A stretch of DNA of 64,000 nt from Anaeramoeba ignava BMAN (taxonomy: Eukaryota; Protista; Anaeramoebae). The stretch is from assembly GCA_028826165.1 (NCBI GenBank), contig JAPDFW010000027.1, forward strand, positions 5,185 to 69,184. Reading direction: 5' to 3'. The stretch's first letter is position 1. Each line of letters opens with the position of its first letter. Positions 49,681-64,000 of the stretch are shown piece after piece. The position numbers and the translations under genes were made by a program. The notes beneath the pieces are model-generated. The model saw nothing but the letters and a program-made list of their open reading frames with translations, was not told the origin of the DNA and made no database searches.

Positions 49681-51762
49681 TTATTTTTCATATCCTTTGT
49701 TTCTTTTAATTTTAAAAAGTCTTGAAGATCTAAAATGTGAAAAAAGATCTTGAGGAGTATCTTTATTTCTTAATTCATTTAGGAATTCCACAATTCCATA
49801 AGAATTATGCCAATAAGATCTGGGATTATAATAAATTGGATTATAAATTTTATTGTCAGGAGTTAAATCACAAAATTCCAAAGAAGTTAATTTTGAAAAT
49901 TGTGGATCATAATTAATTTCATTTCCTATAAGATAAAGTTTTTTGAGATGAGAAAATTCGAAAAAGTTTTTTGGAAGTTCTTTGATAAAACTAAATAAAA
50001 TAAAATAAAATAAAAGAAAAGAAAAGAATAAGAAATGAAATTTTTGTTTGTGAATTTGATTTTGTAGTTTGTTACTTGTATGAGAGTGAGAGAATCTGTA
50101 AGTAACGAAGTTGTGTAATTTTTGGATTTACTTGTTGAATTTTGTTATGATCAAGAATTAATGATTCCAGATTGGGAAGTTGACAGATCTCATCAGAAAT
50201 ATTTGGGATGAGATTAAAGCTGAGATCAACAATGCGAAGATTACGAAGACTTCCAATATGAGCTGGCATAAGATTCAATTTATGTCCTCTTACATAAATT
50301 TGTTCCAAATTCGATAAATGCTTGATTCCTTGGGGAATAAGTCTAAAGTGACAAAAATCACTTTTGAGAATGGAAATTTGTTTGCAATCGAAGATGTGTC
50401 TTTCAAAACTTGAAGAAATATTGTTAAGTCCAAATTCAAAATGGGTTAAATTGGGAAATTGGTTGATACAAGAAATATTGGAAATGGGATTGGCAAAAAT
50501 TTTGAGTGTTCGAAGATTTGGAAAGTGCTGAGGAAGTTTGGGAAATTGTTTGCTGTCGAGTAGATTAAAACTGAGTTTCAAATGCAAAAGAGAAGGGAAA
50601 ACTTGTTTTTCAACTGATGTAAAAATCTCGTAAATAGAATTGCGACAAAGTGAAAGATATTCTAGTTTTGGGATATGAGAAAAAAAGTCAAGATCAAATA
50701 CTTCAATCGCTTGTCTTTTAAGAACTAAGTGACGGAGAGAATGATCTAGTCCAAAATAATGTTCGGATGATCGAGGAAGACGAGGAATAGAATTATCGGT
50801 CAATTGGATCATCTCTAAATTTGGCATTTTGGAGATGTATCTGAACAAATTGGGTTGAGGAGAACACTCAAAGTTTTCAAGTCTTAATTTTTGGAGATTA
50901 GAAAGATAATGGAAATTAGGCGGCAAAGTTAAAACTTGATTTGCGGAATTATAATAGCTTTTGGTATGCTTCAAACAAAGCGACTTAAGATTAACAGCAT
51001 TAGAACAGAAAGAATCAGGAATATAATTGACACTAGAATTGCTAATTTTGAGTTTGATTAATTTTTCAAGTGGTTCAAAACTGTTTCTTTTAAGATCAGA
51101 AGGGAAAAAAAACCAAGGAGTTGAGATCCGATCAGAAACCTTGATTTTTTGTAATCCAAAAGTAAACAATTCCTCTGATTGATTAGGCTCAAAAAAACAT
51201 CCTTTTAGATGCAATTTTTTTATAGGGACTTCTTCACTGAAAAAATTTTGATAAGAAGATAAATTTTGTTTTCGAGTTGATTGATGTGTGATTCGAATTG
51301 TTTTCAGATTGCGTAATGAATTCTTAATGTGACTCAAAATAGATGAGAAAATAATTTTGGAGTTTCTAAATCCCACAAAATCTCTCAAAGTTATGTCTCG
51401 TGAAAACGAAAACCTCTTAAAAAGAGTGTTCATTTTTTTTTCGAATTTTGGATCTTTTTCATCGAGATGAATTGAGAACTTTTTCCAGATTTGTGGATCA
51501 AATGCCAACCAAAAAAACCTATTTTAAAAAGTTATCATTTTTGATCTTTTGTTAAATTTTGATTGATTTTTTTTTTTCTTTTTTTTTGGAAATGAAACAA
51601 AATAAAATGAAAGGAGAAAAGAAATTACTGTTTATTTGCAAGTGATAATAAATATTTTTCTTTAGCATTTAAATAGGAAAAAATTTCAAGTAGTAATTCA
51701 TTTGGAAGTTCTTCAAGCATCCAAGGAAGATCTGAGTCTCTTTTCTTAATAACAATTTCCAT
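49681..51762 (-). CDS. F-box plus leucine-rich-repeat protein; exons 51762-51629, 51518-50076, 49990-49681
   Basis: LEELPNELLLEIFSYL F-box; LxxLxLxxNxI repeats; in-frame splices. Confidence 0.9.
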
Positions 51763-51900
51763 TAAAAAAAAAAGCAAAAATGAAAAGGAGAAAAATGAAA
51801 AAATGAAAAAGAAGAAAAAATAATTTTTTTTACACTTTTTTTTTCCTTTTTTTTTTTTCATTTTTTCATTTTTCTTTTTCATTTACTTTTTTAAAGAAAA

Positions 51901-54900
51901 ATGCAAGAAATTAATTCAAATTTAAAAATAATTATGATTTGGTTATCAATACCAAAAAATCTTATTAAAAATTATCAAAAAACAAAAGTTTCAATAATTT
52001 TTTCAAATCCAAAAAATAAAAAATTTGAAAAATTAATTCAACAAAGTGAAAAAACAAAAGAAATTTGGTTTTTACAATTCCCAATAAATTTTCAAGAATT
52101 AGAAAAAGAAAAAGAAAAAGAATATACCAAAAAAATCATTTTCTATTTCAAAATTAAAAATCAAAAAAATAGAAAAGAAAAAAAAATAAAATCATTTCAA
52201 TATCAAATAATAATTGGAAATGATCAAAAAAATATTATTTTTGAATTCTTCCGATTTAAAGAAAAACCTCAAAAAAATGATTCAAATAAAATAATAAGCA
52301 AGCATATTAGAGATTCAGTTATTATAAATTTTATGGAATCAATAATTTTCCCAAAAAATCCAATTCAAAAAAAAGATATTTTATTTACTTGGCAAATAAT
52401 TTTATCTTTATTTCAAAAAAAATATCCAAAAAATGATGAATTAAAAAAATGGTTAGAATCAAATTCTCAACTTGAAAATACACCTGAACAGAGAGTTTTG
52501 TTATTAAGTTTGTTACATTACACATTCAATCCTGAAATTGCTCAATCACTTTTGTTTCCTCAAGAAAATAATTTAGAAATAATTAAGGAAATAACAATTA
52601 TTATATTTGATTTATTCAATACAAAATCTCAAGAAAATCAAAATTTTCAAGAAAGCTTTAAAAATTCAATTAATCAAATTTCAACTTCTAAAATGAATGA
52701 AAAAGAAAATATCAAATTAATTCCTTATTTATTGATTTTTAAAAAACTTAATTTAATAATTCAACAAGAATTTACTTTCAAATCTTCTGAAGAATTATTT
52801 CATCAAATTATTATTTTATTAAATATTGCTTTATCTGACCAAAATTTACACAAATTTATCAATCAAAATTTATTCATTTCCATTTTTGGTCAAAATTATG
52901 AATTTAATCAAATTTGGGAGGAATTCATTATTAAATTAGTTTCTGGTATTGATTCTTACAAAGAAACAATGAACAATTTTTTCAAATCTTTATTTCCTGA
53001 TCATATTTTCAAAATTTTTGCAAAAACTCAATTTTCAAACATTTCAAATTTTATTAAATTCTGGTTCTCATTTAATAAAAATTTTACACAAATTAATAAA
53101 CAAAACAAATCTAATGAAAATTTACCAAATTTGGATAATGTATTTCTCAACAACTTTTCAATTCAAAGATTTATCCAATCAAACGAAGATTTCTCAAATT
53201 TAAGTAACTTTTCAAATCAAGAAACAGTTTCACAATATAATGATTTATCGAAAGAATGCAAAGCCAAAATTACTTCATTTCTGAAAAAAACATATCAAAA
53301 AATTGATAAAAAATTGATTATAGAATCCAAAAATATTCTTCAATTTATTCCATTTGATAATATCCAATTTCAAATTTGGAAAGAATTTTTCAAAATTAAT
53401 GTTGAATCTCGAAAAAATAAAGAATTTGAGTTTATTAAATTACTTCCAGATTTTATAAAAGAAAGTGAAGATCAACTCCAAAAAATATCTCTTACATTTA
53501 AATGGTATACAAATTTCAAAGAAGTAAATAAGAATTTTGAACCAAAAACCAATAAACTAACAAAATTATTGGAAGAATATATCAAACAATTAAATGAATT
53601 CAAAGAAAAAATTACTTCTGATAATTGTTCATATAAAGAATTTAAATTATTTACAAAATATAAAAATGAATATTTACAACTTTTTTATTCATTATCAAAA
53701 AAAGAAATTAAATTAACTCAAAATGAAGAAAATTACACAAAAATTACTTGGAAACTTAAATTATTAGAAAATTTAATAGATTTTTATTTAGATAGATTTA
53801 AAGAACTTCCTCAAATCAATTATAATAATATTCTTGATAAAATTAAACAAATTAAAGAATCAAATGAATCAATGGAAGATATTATTCAAATCTTTGATAA
53901 TTTATCAATTGATTTCAATTTATTGGAATGGATTTATAATCTTCAATTATCAGAAACTTTTCAAAACATTTGGAATTCAAAAATTCAAAAACTCACAATA
54001 ACAATTAATTTTGAAGATATCAAAAACTATATTTCTGAATGTTCAAAGGAATGGAAAAAATTATACAAACAAATTAAAAAACTTGAAATTAAATTTTCAG
54101 AAATTGATTTTATTTTACCAATACAACAAGACAAAAATTATCTTCTTAACGAAATTAAATTCTTTAACTCAAATTACCAACTTCAAAAAAATGAAGAAAA
54201 TGAAGAAAATGAAGAAAATTTGAAAAAATATATTGAACTTAGAGAACAAATTTTCCATTTTTTCAGTTTTTGGAAATTTTGTGAAAATTTAAATTTTACA
54301 AATTATCAAAATATTTTCACAAATATTATTCAAGATTGGGGAAATTTAAAACTTTCTAAAATAAATCAAATAAGAAATAATTTAGAAGAAAAGATAATGA
54401 TTAATTTCAATTTTCCTCTTCATTTATTTAGTCAATTAATTCCCATTAAATTTACTGAAAACAAATCTCAAAATTATATTTATCAAAATCAAAAATTTAA
54501 AGAAAAATTATTTAATTTCTTAAAGAAACAAAAAAATGATGATATTTTTTATTCAAATATTCATCAAGATATTTCAGAAGATGAAAGACAAAAAGTTGCA
54601 ATTATATATTTATTCAATTTAAGGGAAAGAATAAAAAGTTATTTATATGAACCTGATTCTTCATCTTTTAAATCATTTATCAAACAAATTCAAAAAGAAG
54701 AAAAAAATTTTCAAAAAAATCCAAAAGAAATTTCATTTGAATTAATCCACAATCTTCTTCCAGAAATCAAAGAATTGATAAAAAATAGAAAAGAAACAAC
54801 TCAATTAAATGCTAAAAAAAGTGTTAATGAGATATTTTGTAAAAAATCAGAATTCAAATTTCAAATATCTAAAAATCAAAAACAATTTTTTATTTGCCAA

Positions 54901-57900
54901 ATTAAAATTAAAAATCAAAATCAAAATCAAAATCAAAATCAAAATCAAAATCAAAATCAAAATCAAAATCAAAATCAAAATCAAAATCAAAATCAAAATC
55001 AAATTGAAAATGAAATTGAAAATCAAATTGAAAATCAAAATCAAAATCAAAATCAAAATCAAAATCAAATTCAAAATCAAATTCAAAATCAAATTCAAAA
55101 TCAAAATCAAAATGAAAATCAAAATCAAAATCAAAATCAAAATCAAAATCAAAATCAAAATCAAAATCAAAATCAAATTGAAAATCAAATTGAAAATCAA
55201 ATTGAAAATCAAAATCAAAATCAAAATCAAAAAGAAAATCAAAATCAAAATCAAAATCAAAAAGAAAATCAAAAAGAAAATCAAAATCAAAAAGAAAATC
55301 AAAAAGAAAATCAAAAAGAAAATCAAAAAGAAAATCAAAATCAAATCCAAAATTCAAAAAAAGAATTTTCATTTAATAATTTTCAAGAATTTTTTATAAT
55401 CCTAAAAGATATTGAATTGCAAAATAATTTATTTCAAATTGAAAAAGAAGAAGAAGAAAATACTATTGAAGCTATTCAATCCTTTTTAAATTCTTTTGAA
55501 ATTATTCAAAAATGCAAAGAATTATTATTCAAACTTTCTTCAAAACTTCATTTTAATTATAAAGAAAATTATGAAAACAAAATAATTTTTGGAAAAAATG
55601 AAAATTATCAAAATAAATTGGAAAAATATCGAAAAAAACTTGAAAAAGATTTAAAGAAGTGGAAGTTAGATTTAAAGGAAATATTTAAGAAATATTTTTA
55701 TTTATCCTTTTTTTCAACAAATCAAATTTTGGTTTTATTTCAATTTTTCAAATCAATATTTAAAGAAAAAGAAAAAGAAAAAGAAAAAGAAATTTCAGAA
55801 ATATTAAAACTTTATTCAAAAAATTTATCAATTAATATTATCAAAAACAAATTAAAAACAATTCAAGATTTTAAAATTCAAACTTTAGCAGATAATTTAA
55901 ATCAAATTTTAAAGGAAAATTTTGATAATCAAAGAATATTCATTTTGCCAAAAGAAGAATTGAATTATGTAACTTATAAATTAATAGAAAATAAGTTAAT
56001 TAAACGTTTCAATCAAAAAAGTGGGAAAATTTCAAATCCAAAAATCTTTATTCATTCTTCAAAAACTGAATATGATGTTTATGATATTGTTTCTACAATT
56101 TATTTCATTTTTTCTCATCAATTACCATTAAGAGAACAAATTCTAATTTGTGATAAACAAACAAAAAAAGATGATATTTCTAATTTTTTGAAAATTTATG
56201 AACTTTATAATTCAAATGAATTTTCTCAAGAAAAAATAATTAATAATAATAATAATCCTTTTCTATTTTCATTGGTTCATGGAAATAGATTACCTAAAAA
56301 GAAACAAAGTTTCCTCATCTCAAAAATTCAATCAATTAATTTTGAAACCAAATATCCATTAATTATTTTCTTTTCAGGAGAAGGGTTTCTATCTAAAAAT
56401 TTGATTTATTCATTTCGTTCTGGATTAATTGAAAAGGGATATATTGAAGCATTAAATAATTATGATATATATCGCAAGTTTATTGAAATTAATTCATTTT
56501 CTAAACAACTTATTGTTTTTACTTCAAAATTTGCAGGAAATGGAAAAACATTTCAAATAAGGAAATGGTGTTATGAACAAAATCAAAATCCAAAAACAGA
56601 TTTTAAATATCATAATATCACAATTACATCAGAAAAAAAATCAGAAATTATCAAAAAACTTAATGATTTTTCAAATATTATTTTAAATGAAAATTTAAAA
56701 GAAAAAATTTATATTCATATTGAATTACCTTATTCTTCAAAAATTGAAATTTCAGATTATCTTTGGACTTTAATAATGTGGGGTTCAATCGAAAACAAAA
56801 AATATTTACCAAATAATAATTTTGCATGGAACATTTCAAATAATGTAATTTTGATTTTTGAAATTCCAAGTTATAGAGTAGATGAACCAAAAAAAGATTT
56901 TATATTATTCCCTACACTTAAATATTTGGAAGAAAAAAAATGCAAAGTTAAGAAAAAATTCTTTTCTTTTGATTATTATATTCCAACAAAAAATGGAGAA
57001 ATATCAAAATATGAAGATCAAGATTTAATTCATGTTTCTAATTTATTTGAATTTTATGAACAAAAATTTAAACTATTAGAAGGAAAAAAAAAAGAAAAAA
57101 GAATTGAAATGTTTAATGATAAATCTTTACTTTATCAAAAGAAAATATTTGAATCAAGCTCAAAATTAATTTCAAAACATTTTAATACAGGAGAATTAAC
57201 ATTTAGATTATTATCAAATTTTTGGATGGTTTTGAAATATCATATTAATTTATTAATGGGTTATGAATATCTTGATCCAAAAATGGCAAAATATTTATTC
57301 CAAACTGAAGAAAAAGGTGAATTATTTCAAAAACAATTCATAGATTCTTATTTCCTTTCAGTTATTAAATTAATATATCGTTCATTTGATTGGACTAAAT
57401 TATTGGATAATAATCTAATAGAATTAAAGGAATCATGTGAAATTTTTAAAGAAATACTTCCTTGGGAAAAAAGAGATTTATTTATTCTTATTCTTAAAAT
57501 TTCAACCAAAAAAAAAGGAAATCAAGAAAAAGTTGAAAATTTAAAATATTTAAGTGGATTTAATCTTCTTGGAATAGATGAAAAAGAAATAAGGAGTTAT
57601 TTTGATCCAGAGCTACAACCAATATTAAAGGCAAATGGACTTAAATTTAATGAACCTCTTCCAAAATATTCCAAACTTAAAGATTATGAATTAGTATTTT
57701 CTTCATTCAAATCTTTATCTTTATCTCCATCTCAAATTGAAATCGAAAATCTTATATCTTCTCATAAAGAAAACAATTCAAAATATGTATTAACGAATGA
57801 TAATTTTTTGAAAATGATATTTATTCAATATAAATTACTTTCAAATCTTCCTATTATTTTGATTGGAGAAACTGGATGTGGAAAAACATCATTAGTTGAA

Positions 57901-60900
57901 TATTTATGTGAAACAATTATGAAACAAAAATTAATTCTTTTCCTAGTTAATGGGAAAACCAAAAGAAAAGAAATTTATTCAATTATTGAAAATTCAGAAA
58001 AAGAAATTCAAAAAGAAGAAAAATTTATTATTATCTTCTTTGATGAATTCAACACAGCACCCAAAAAATGTTTAATTTTAATGAAATCTCTTTTTTTTGA
58101 TAGAACTTTAAATGGAAAAATTATTTCTCCTCAAATTAAATTTATTGCAGCTGGAAATCCTTATAGATTAAGGAATAAAACAAAAATTGATGAAGATTTC
58201 TTAACTGATGAAGGATTAATATTTGATTATGGAGAAAAACAAGGTGAAATGAAATTATTAAGACAAGAAGTTTATAGAGTTCATCAAATTTCTGATTCAT
58301 TTTTTGATGATATTTTTGATTTTGGGAATTTAACACAACAAAAAGAACAAAAAGAACAAAAAACAGAAAAAACAGAAAAAACAGAAAAAACAGAAAAAAC
58401 AGAAAAAACAGAAAAACCTTATATAGAAAAAATAATCCAAAATTCTATTAATGAAATTAATTCAAAAAAATCATCAATTTTTATTGATTCAACAAAATTT
58501 ACAAAATTATTTACAGAATTATTAGCTAAATCATTTAATTTTGTTCGATATCATTCAAATGATAAATTAAGTGCAGTTTCTTTAAGAGATTGTCCTAAAA
58601 CACTCAAAATTTTTAATTGGTTATTAACAGAAACAAATGTAGATTTCTTACTTCCATCAAAAACTACAATCAAAATCAAAAAATTATGGATTCATTTATT
58701 ATATCATTATTCATTTCTTTTGGTTGTCAATTCAATTCAGATTTAAGATTAGCATATTTCAAAATTCTTTATGAAAAATTTTCCAAATTTTATAAGAAAA
58801 ATGAAAATGAAAATAATAAGAATAAGAATAAGAATAAGAATAAGAATAAGGAAATTGAAATGAAAAATGAAAATGATATTCTTAAATTTATTGAAGAAAT
58901 AGAAGAAAAATTGATTAAAGAATTGGATATTAATGTAAAAGAATGGAATGTTGCAATTAATCAAGCATTAAAAGAAAATATTTTTTTGATTTTCTTTTGT
59001 TGTTATACACAAATTCCATTATTCTTAGTTGGCAAACCAGGTTCTTCTAAATCAATTTCAATTAATATTTTAATGCAAACATTGAAACCACCAAAAAATT
59101 CCAATCCAATTTTAAAAGAATTAAATCTTCCTGCATTAAAACCATTTTATATTCAATGTTCTCCAATAACCAAAGCTTCAGAAATCAATAATATATTTAA
59201 GAAAGCTCGGAAATATTCATCTAAATTTAATTCTGAAGATGTTATTAGTGTAGTTATTTTGGATGAAGTTGCACTTGCAGAAGTTAGTCCTGATCTTCCA
59301 TTATCAATATTACATTTTGAATTAGAAAAAGTAGATAAAAAATTGATGAAACAACAAAATTTATTAATTCAAAAAGATGAAGTATTTGTTTCAATTATAT
59401 CAGTTTCAAATTGGAAATTAGATCCAAGTCAAACAAACCGAGGAATATTATTGAAAAGAGTTGATCCAAGTATTGAAGAATTGTCATTTACAGCTCGAAG
59501 AATCCTTTTTTCATTTAATTCAAAATTCCCAAAAGAATTTGCAAATAAACTTGCTCAAGTTTATTATTTAATTTCTAATAATCAATTCCCTAATATTCAA
59601 GAAAAAGAAAAGAAACAAAATCCAAGATATTATTTTGGACTTAGAGATTTTTATTATTTTTTAAAAATGATTGGATTAAATTTCTCAAGTAATTTAATAG
59701 AATATAATAACTCAGATATGATTCTGAATATTATATATAGAAATTTTGGTTCAAAACCTCATTTGATTCAAATTCTTCAACCTAAAATTATGGAAATTCT
59801 TGAAATAGATCAACCTAAATATATTCCTTCAACTTTTTCATTAATACAACAAAACTTAACATTTTCAATTGTTGATAATAATTCTTTCCCAAACAAAAAA
59901 CTTTCAGATAATTTTCTAAATAATCCACAAAAGTTCTCTCGGCATTTAATGATTTTATCAAACAATTTATCTATTCTTCCATTAATAATTTCACAAATTA
60001 AAAATAATTTTATTGTTTTGTTTTGGTTCATCTTTTGCAGAAGATAAAAAGTCGATTCAGAATAATTCAAAATCTCAAAAAGTTGAATATGCAGTTTCAT
60101 CAGGTCAAACAATTATTTTATATAATAATGAACAACTTTACGAACCTTTTATATGATTTATTAAATCAAAATTATATTAGAGAAGGAAACAAACTTTTTG
60201 CTCATTTTTCATTTGGGGATATTAATCGAAATATTCTTGTTGATCCAAAATTTAGGATTATTGTTATAATTGATAAAACAAGAGCTTAGTGATTTTTGAA
60301 TTAGAACCAATTTTAAATAGATTTGAAAAACAAATTTTTATATCTGAAGATTTTATAAAACAGGATCAAATAAAAGAAATTATTGAAAAACAAATTGAAA
60401 TTTTGGGAAGAATTGAAAAAGCAACAAATTATCAAATTAAAAAGAGAATTTAATAATCAATTATAATAATGATCCCTTTTCCTTCGCTTGCATTAAAATT
60501 ACAAAATGAACTATTACTGAATTCATCAGAAAATTTAACAAAAACAAAAGGATCAAATAGAAAAGAAGCAAGAATAAAATGGATTAGAATTTGTAGAATA
60601 GATAAAATGTTTAAAATAATTGATTTAGTTTCAAGTGGAAAATTAAGATCATCAAATAAAAAATTGTTGGAAAATTTTTTGACAGAATATAAAAGAAATT
60701 TTCATATTAATTTACAAGATTTATTCAAAAAAGAAATTTTAAAAAATAAAATTAAAAATTCTATTATTTTCACTTATTCATCAATTATACAACAAAACAT
60801 AAAATTATCAAAAGGATATAAAAATTCTTCAAATTGATCGTTTCAAATTATGATTCTGATAAAGATTTAGAGAAATATTTAAAAGACAAATGGATTGAAA

Positions 60901-63900
60901 ATATGGATAATAGGAAATTTATTTTAAAGGTTCATTTTACTATTTCTGTCAGAAATTCTTTCCAAATGTTTTATCAAGTTAAATATCTTATTGAAAATTT
61001 ACTTTTAGAAAATTATGATAAAAAACAAAAAAATAACCAAAATGATGTAAAAGAAAATGTAAGAAGGAATAATAGTTTGAAAGATCATAAATCTTATATT
61101 ATGCTTATTCTTCATTTAACACCTATTCAAAAAGATGATTTATTTTATTATTGTTTTGAAAATAATTGGGAATTTTATTATCTAGATGAATTGGAACAAG
61201 AATATAATTTTAATCTAATCAAAATGAAAAATCAAAAATTTCAATCTCAAAGATATTATTTATAATTTAAAAGAAAATTTTCATCAATTTATTCAAGAAA
61301 TTAAACCTCTTTCAATTTCACAAATTTCAAATCCATTAAATCAAAAATATATTAATGAATTTAATCAACTTCTTGATTTATTATTGAATGATAAAGAAAT
61401 TATAAATGCTTTTTTCTTATCTCTTATAAAAATTATTAATTCAGGAGAAAAGGAAGGATTAGAATTATATGAGTGGAATATACAAGAAATTATTCAAAAC
61501 TATAAAAGAACTAATTCAATAACTTCTTATTCTTTTGATATTTTTGTTTCAAAAATTTCCAAAATCTTTGGTTTAATGCTTAATAATTTAAATTTAAATC
61601 AAAATTTGAAATTGTTAAATAACAAAGAAAAAGAATCAAAAGAAGAATTAATTATTAAAAGAATTTGGATTACAATTTTACAAGAATATGAAATTCCATG
61701 TTATGAATTTTTTTTGAAAGATAAATTTCAAAATTCAAAATTTCCATTTTCATTCTATATTTATTCACTTATTGAAGATTTTGGTTTTATTTCAAAAGAT
61801 ATGGAGGTTTTAAATGAATTAATTAATTTACCATTTTGTGAATGTTCTCTTTTCAAAGAAATTAATCAAAATGAAAATCAAAATCAAAATGAAAATCAAA
61901 ATCAAAATCAAAATCAAATTGAAATTGAAATTGAAAATGAAAATGAAAATCAAATTGAAAATCAAATTGAAAATGAAAATCAAAATCAAAATCAAAATCA
62001 AAATCAAAATCAAAATCAAATTGAAATTGAAATTGAAAATCAAAATGAAAAATTTATTGAAAATATTCTTTCTAGATATTTAAATGATTTCCTTATTTTT
62101 GCAATAGGAAAAACAAATTTAGAAAAATTTAATCAAATTCGAATTAATTTAATAAATCTTATTGAATTATTTAATGATAAGAAAATTATTAGATTATCTT
62201 TAAAAGAAATTCATTCAACTTTCTTTCAATATATAAAATCTTTGTTAGATAATATATTTCAATTCATTGACAATCCTTAAAACATTGAAACATCACAAAA
62301 TTAAAAACATTTTCAATATTTTCATTTCTTGAAAATTATTTTTCAAGTTTGAAATATATTATTTTAATGAAAAGAGATAATCATCTAAAAAAGTTTGTAT
62401 GGAATCATTTTCAAAAATCAAATTTCGAAATTCAAAATATTTTATTATCATTAATTAAAATTGTAAAAAGCCGAAAATGAAAAACCAAAAATTAATTGAA
62501 AATTGAATTAAACTTTTGATATTAAGAAATATTTTTATTTCCTTATTTCCATTCAATGAAAACGAAACAAAAAGAAATTATTTTGGAATTATTCAAAATT
62601 ATGAAAAACAAGAAACAAATAGATTAAACAAATATATTACTGATCTATTTATTAAATTTTTAAGAATCTCAACAAAAATAGATAAAAATCTGCATGGTAA
62701 TAAACAATTAGGAGTGAAAGTAAACCAAACTTTAATTGAGGTTATTATTTTACTTTGAAAATGTTGGAAAAATATTAATTCAAAAAAATTATATTTTGAA
62801 TCAAATTTACAAGAAAATGAGGCAAAAAGAAAATGAATCAATTTATAAAACAGTTGGGGAGAAAAATATTAGATATCCGAAGATTAAATTTTATAAAAAT
62901 CAAATTTAATTTACATATTCAAAAAGATTTGGAAAATTTTCAAAAATTTTGGATAATTCTTTAAATTATTTATTTCAAAATGGTTATAATCAACTTACAT
63001 TTTCATGTTTTTAGAAATTTTGATTATTGTGTTGGAAAAAGAAAATTGAAAACGAAGATTTATTGATATTTTTCAAAATCAAACAATAACTTAATAATTC
63101 TAAATTCAAAAATGCGAAATTATTCTTGTTATTACAATGAAAATAAAATTAAAATAGTATGAAGAGGCTCTTCCCAATAAAGAAAGAAAAGTGAAAATAT
63201 ATTGGATTATTTATTAAAAAGAATATTGAAGGAGAAGGTGGAAATGTAAAAATAATCATGTTTTTATATTGTGATTCAATGAAACGTCCTGGAGAAATAG
63301 TTTCCTCATCTCCACTTTGGAATCATTTGTGAAAGTGAACAATGCATCGAAATTTAAACATTTGTTTTAAAGTACATTGTCAACAATCATTTTAAAATAT
63401 TTGAAGAATAATATTTTATTATCAACACCAAAATATTCATTAGAAATTTTAAAGTTAAAGTTGAAGAAGATTTTATTAGCATTTTAGAGAATTATCAATT
63501 GAAGATGCTTATCCATATCATCATTTCTAAATGAATGGAAGTGATAATAGATTGAAATTAGTGGTTCAATTTAAAGATGAAAAGCAAAGGAAGCATGGTT
63601 TATCAGAAACATATTAGAAATTGTAAAAGAAAAGAATTCCAATTCACGCTATTAAACAAACATAGTTTATCATTACATATACCTCCTTCTAACACTGTAA
63701 AGAGGTAATGAAGAAATTCCAAATCTCCAATTATATTTGTTAGAAATTGGATTCTAATTCACTAAGTTTATTTCAAATAAAATTTACTTCTTGACTTGAT
63801 AAATGCATTCAAAGATTATAGCCCAACAATAGAAAATTATCAAAAGAAAAGAAAGAATAAAGATAAGCAATAAGATTGATGGTATGAAGATTTTGAAAAT

Positions 63901-64000
63901 TTTGAATTTAACATGGAAGGTAAAGGGTTGCTTTTGTGGATAAATACATTATCTTCAACAAAGTAATCTTTAATATCTCATTTTGTTGAGGAAAAGATGT
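51901..64000 (+). CDS. Giant RNF213/mysterin-like dynein-type AAA+ protein, 3' end outside window; repeatedly frameshifted after ~58660
   Basis: AGNGKT; [12 protein letters not shown]; IFFDEFNT; FIAAGNPYR; VSLRD; ALKENIF; [12 protein letters not shown]; [16 protein letters not shown]; SNWKLDP..NRG; FGLRDFYY; RNFG; SRHLMIL; LYDLLNQNY; LNRFEK, in RNF213 order. Confidence 0.85.
54911..55345 (+). repeat. In-frame (AATCAA)n / NQ-ENQ tract in the RNF213-like gene; second tract at ~61865-62048
   Basis: Hexamer and 12-mer repeats with the frame preserved. Confidence 0.9.

Noticed and set aside
24305-51762. Functional gene cluster for proteolysis or ubiquitination (cathepsins, BTB adaptors, F-box, RNF213-like)
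   Set aside because: Interspersed with unrelated housekeeping genes, and these are typically large families, so co-location is plausible by chance
51901-60047. Intein or Hint insertion near the ATPase motifs
   Set aside because: No intein N-terminal block, LAGLIDADG motif or HN-C/S/T junction seen; Walker motifs are uninterrupted
58660-64000. Programmed frameshifting, RNA editing or true pseudogenisation of the RNF213-like gene
   Set aside because: The first shift lies in an A run (58659-58663) and disruptions become denser toward the window end. Similar 1-2 nt errors occur in MFS1 (8629-8631), cathepsin 2 (~24096) and TARG1 (~35740). Long-read consensus error is the simpler explanation, but reads are needed to decide.

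Overview
Gene-dense, extremely AT-rich eukaryotic nuclear DNA with spliceosomal GT-AG introns and the standard genetic code. The ANK-BTB and Kelch-BTB adaptors, poly-NQ/EN tracts and satellite-filled introns suggest an anaerobic protist such as Anaeramoeba; this is inference only. Manual splicing gives about 16 genes: an unknown membrane protein, an NHE Na+/H+ exchanger, two tandem ZIFL-like MFS transporters plus an orphan NHE exon, MED13, two tandem cathepsin L-like proteases, an ankyrin-BTB protein, a bacterial-type YeeE/YedE (thiosulfate-transporter family) gene carrying introns, a Kelch-BTB protein, a TMEM128-like protein, a TARG1/OARD1 macrodomain gene absent from the ORF track, a PH/coiled-coil protein, PIG-O, a Puf4-like Pumilio, an F-box/LRR protein and a giant RNF213-like AAA+ gene running off the end. 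The most striking structure is local repeat amplification. Nearly all long introns and long spacers are filled by a simple repeat apparently grown from a local seed. The two paralogous MFS introns amplified different seeds to almost the same length (1095 vs 1101 bp), and intronic repeat units avoid AG/GT on the sense strand. Other highlights are the intron-containing bacterial YeeE, a possible RZ finger in the RNF213-like gene, A-rich splice acceptors and a GC island inside MED13. Scattered frameshifts suggest an imperfect long-read consensus. No rRNA, tRNA, CRISPR array, transposase or intein was recognised.
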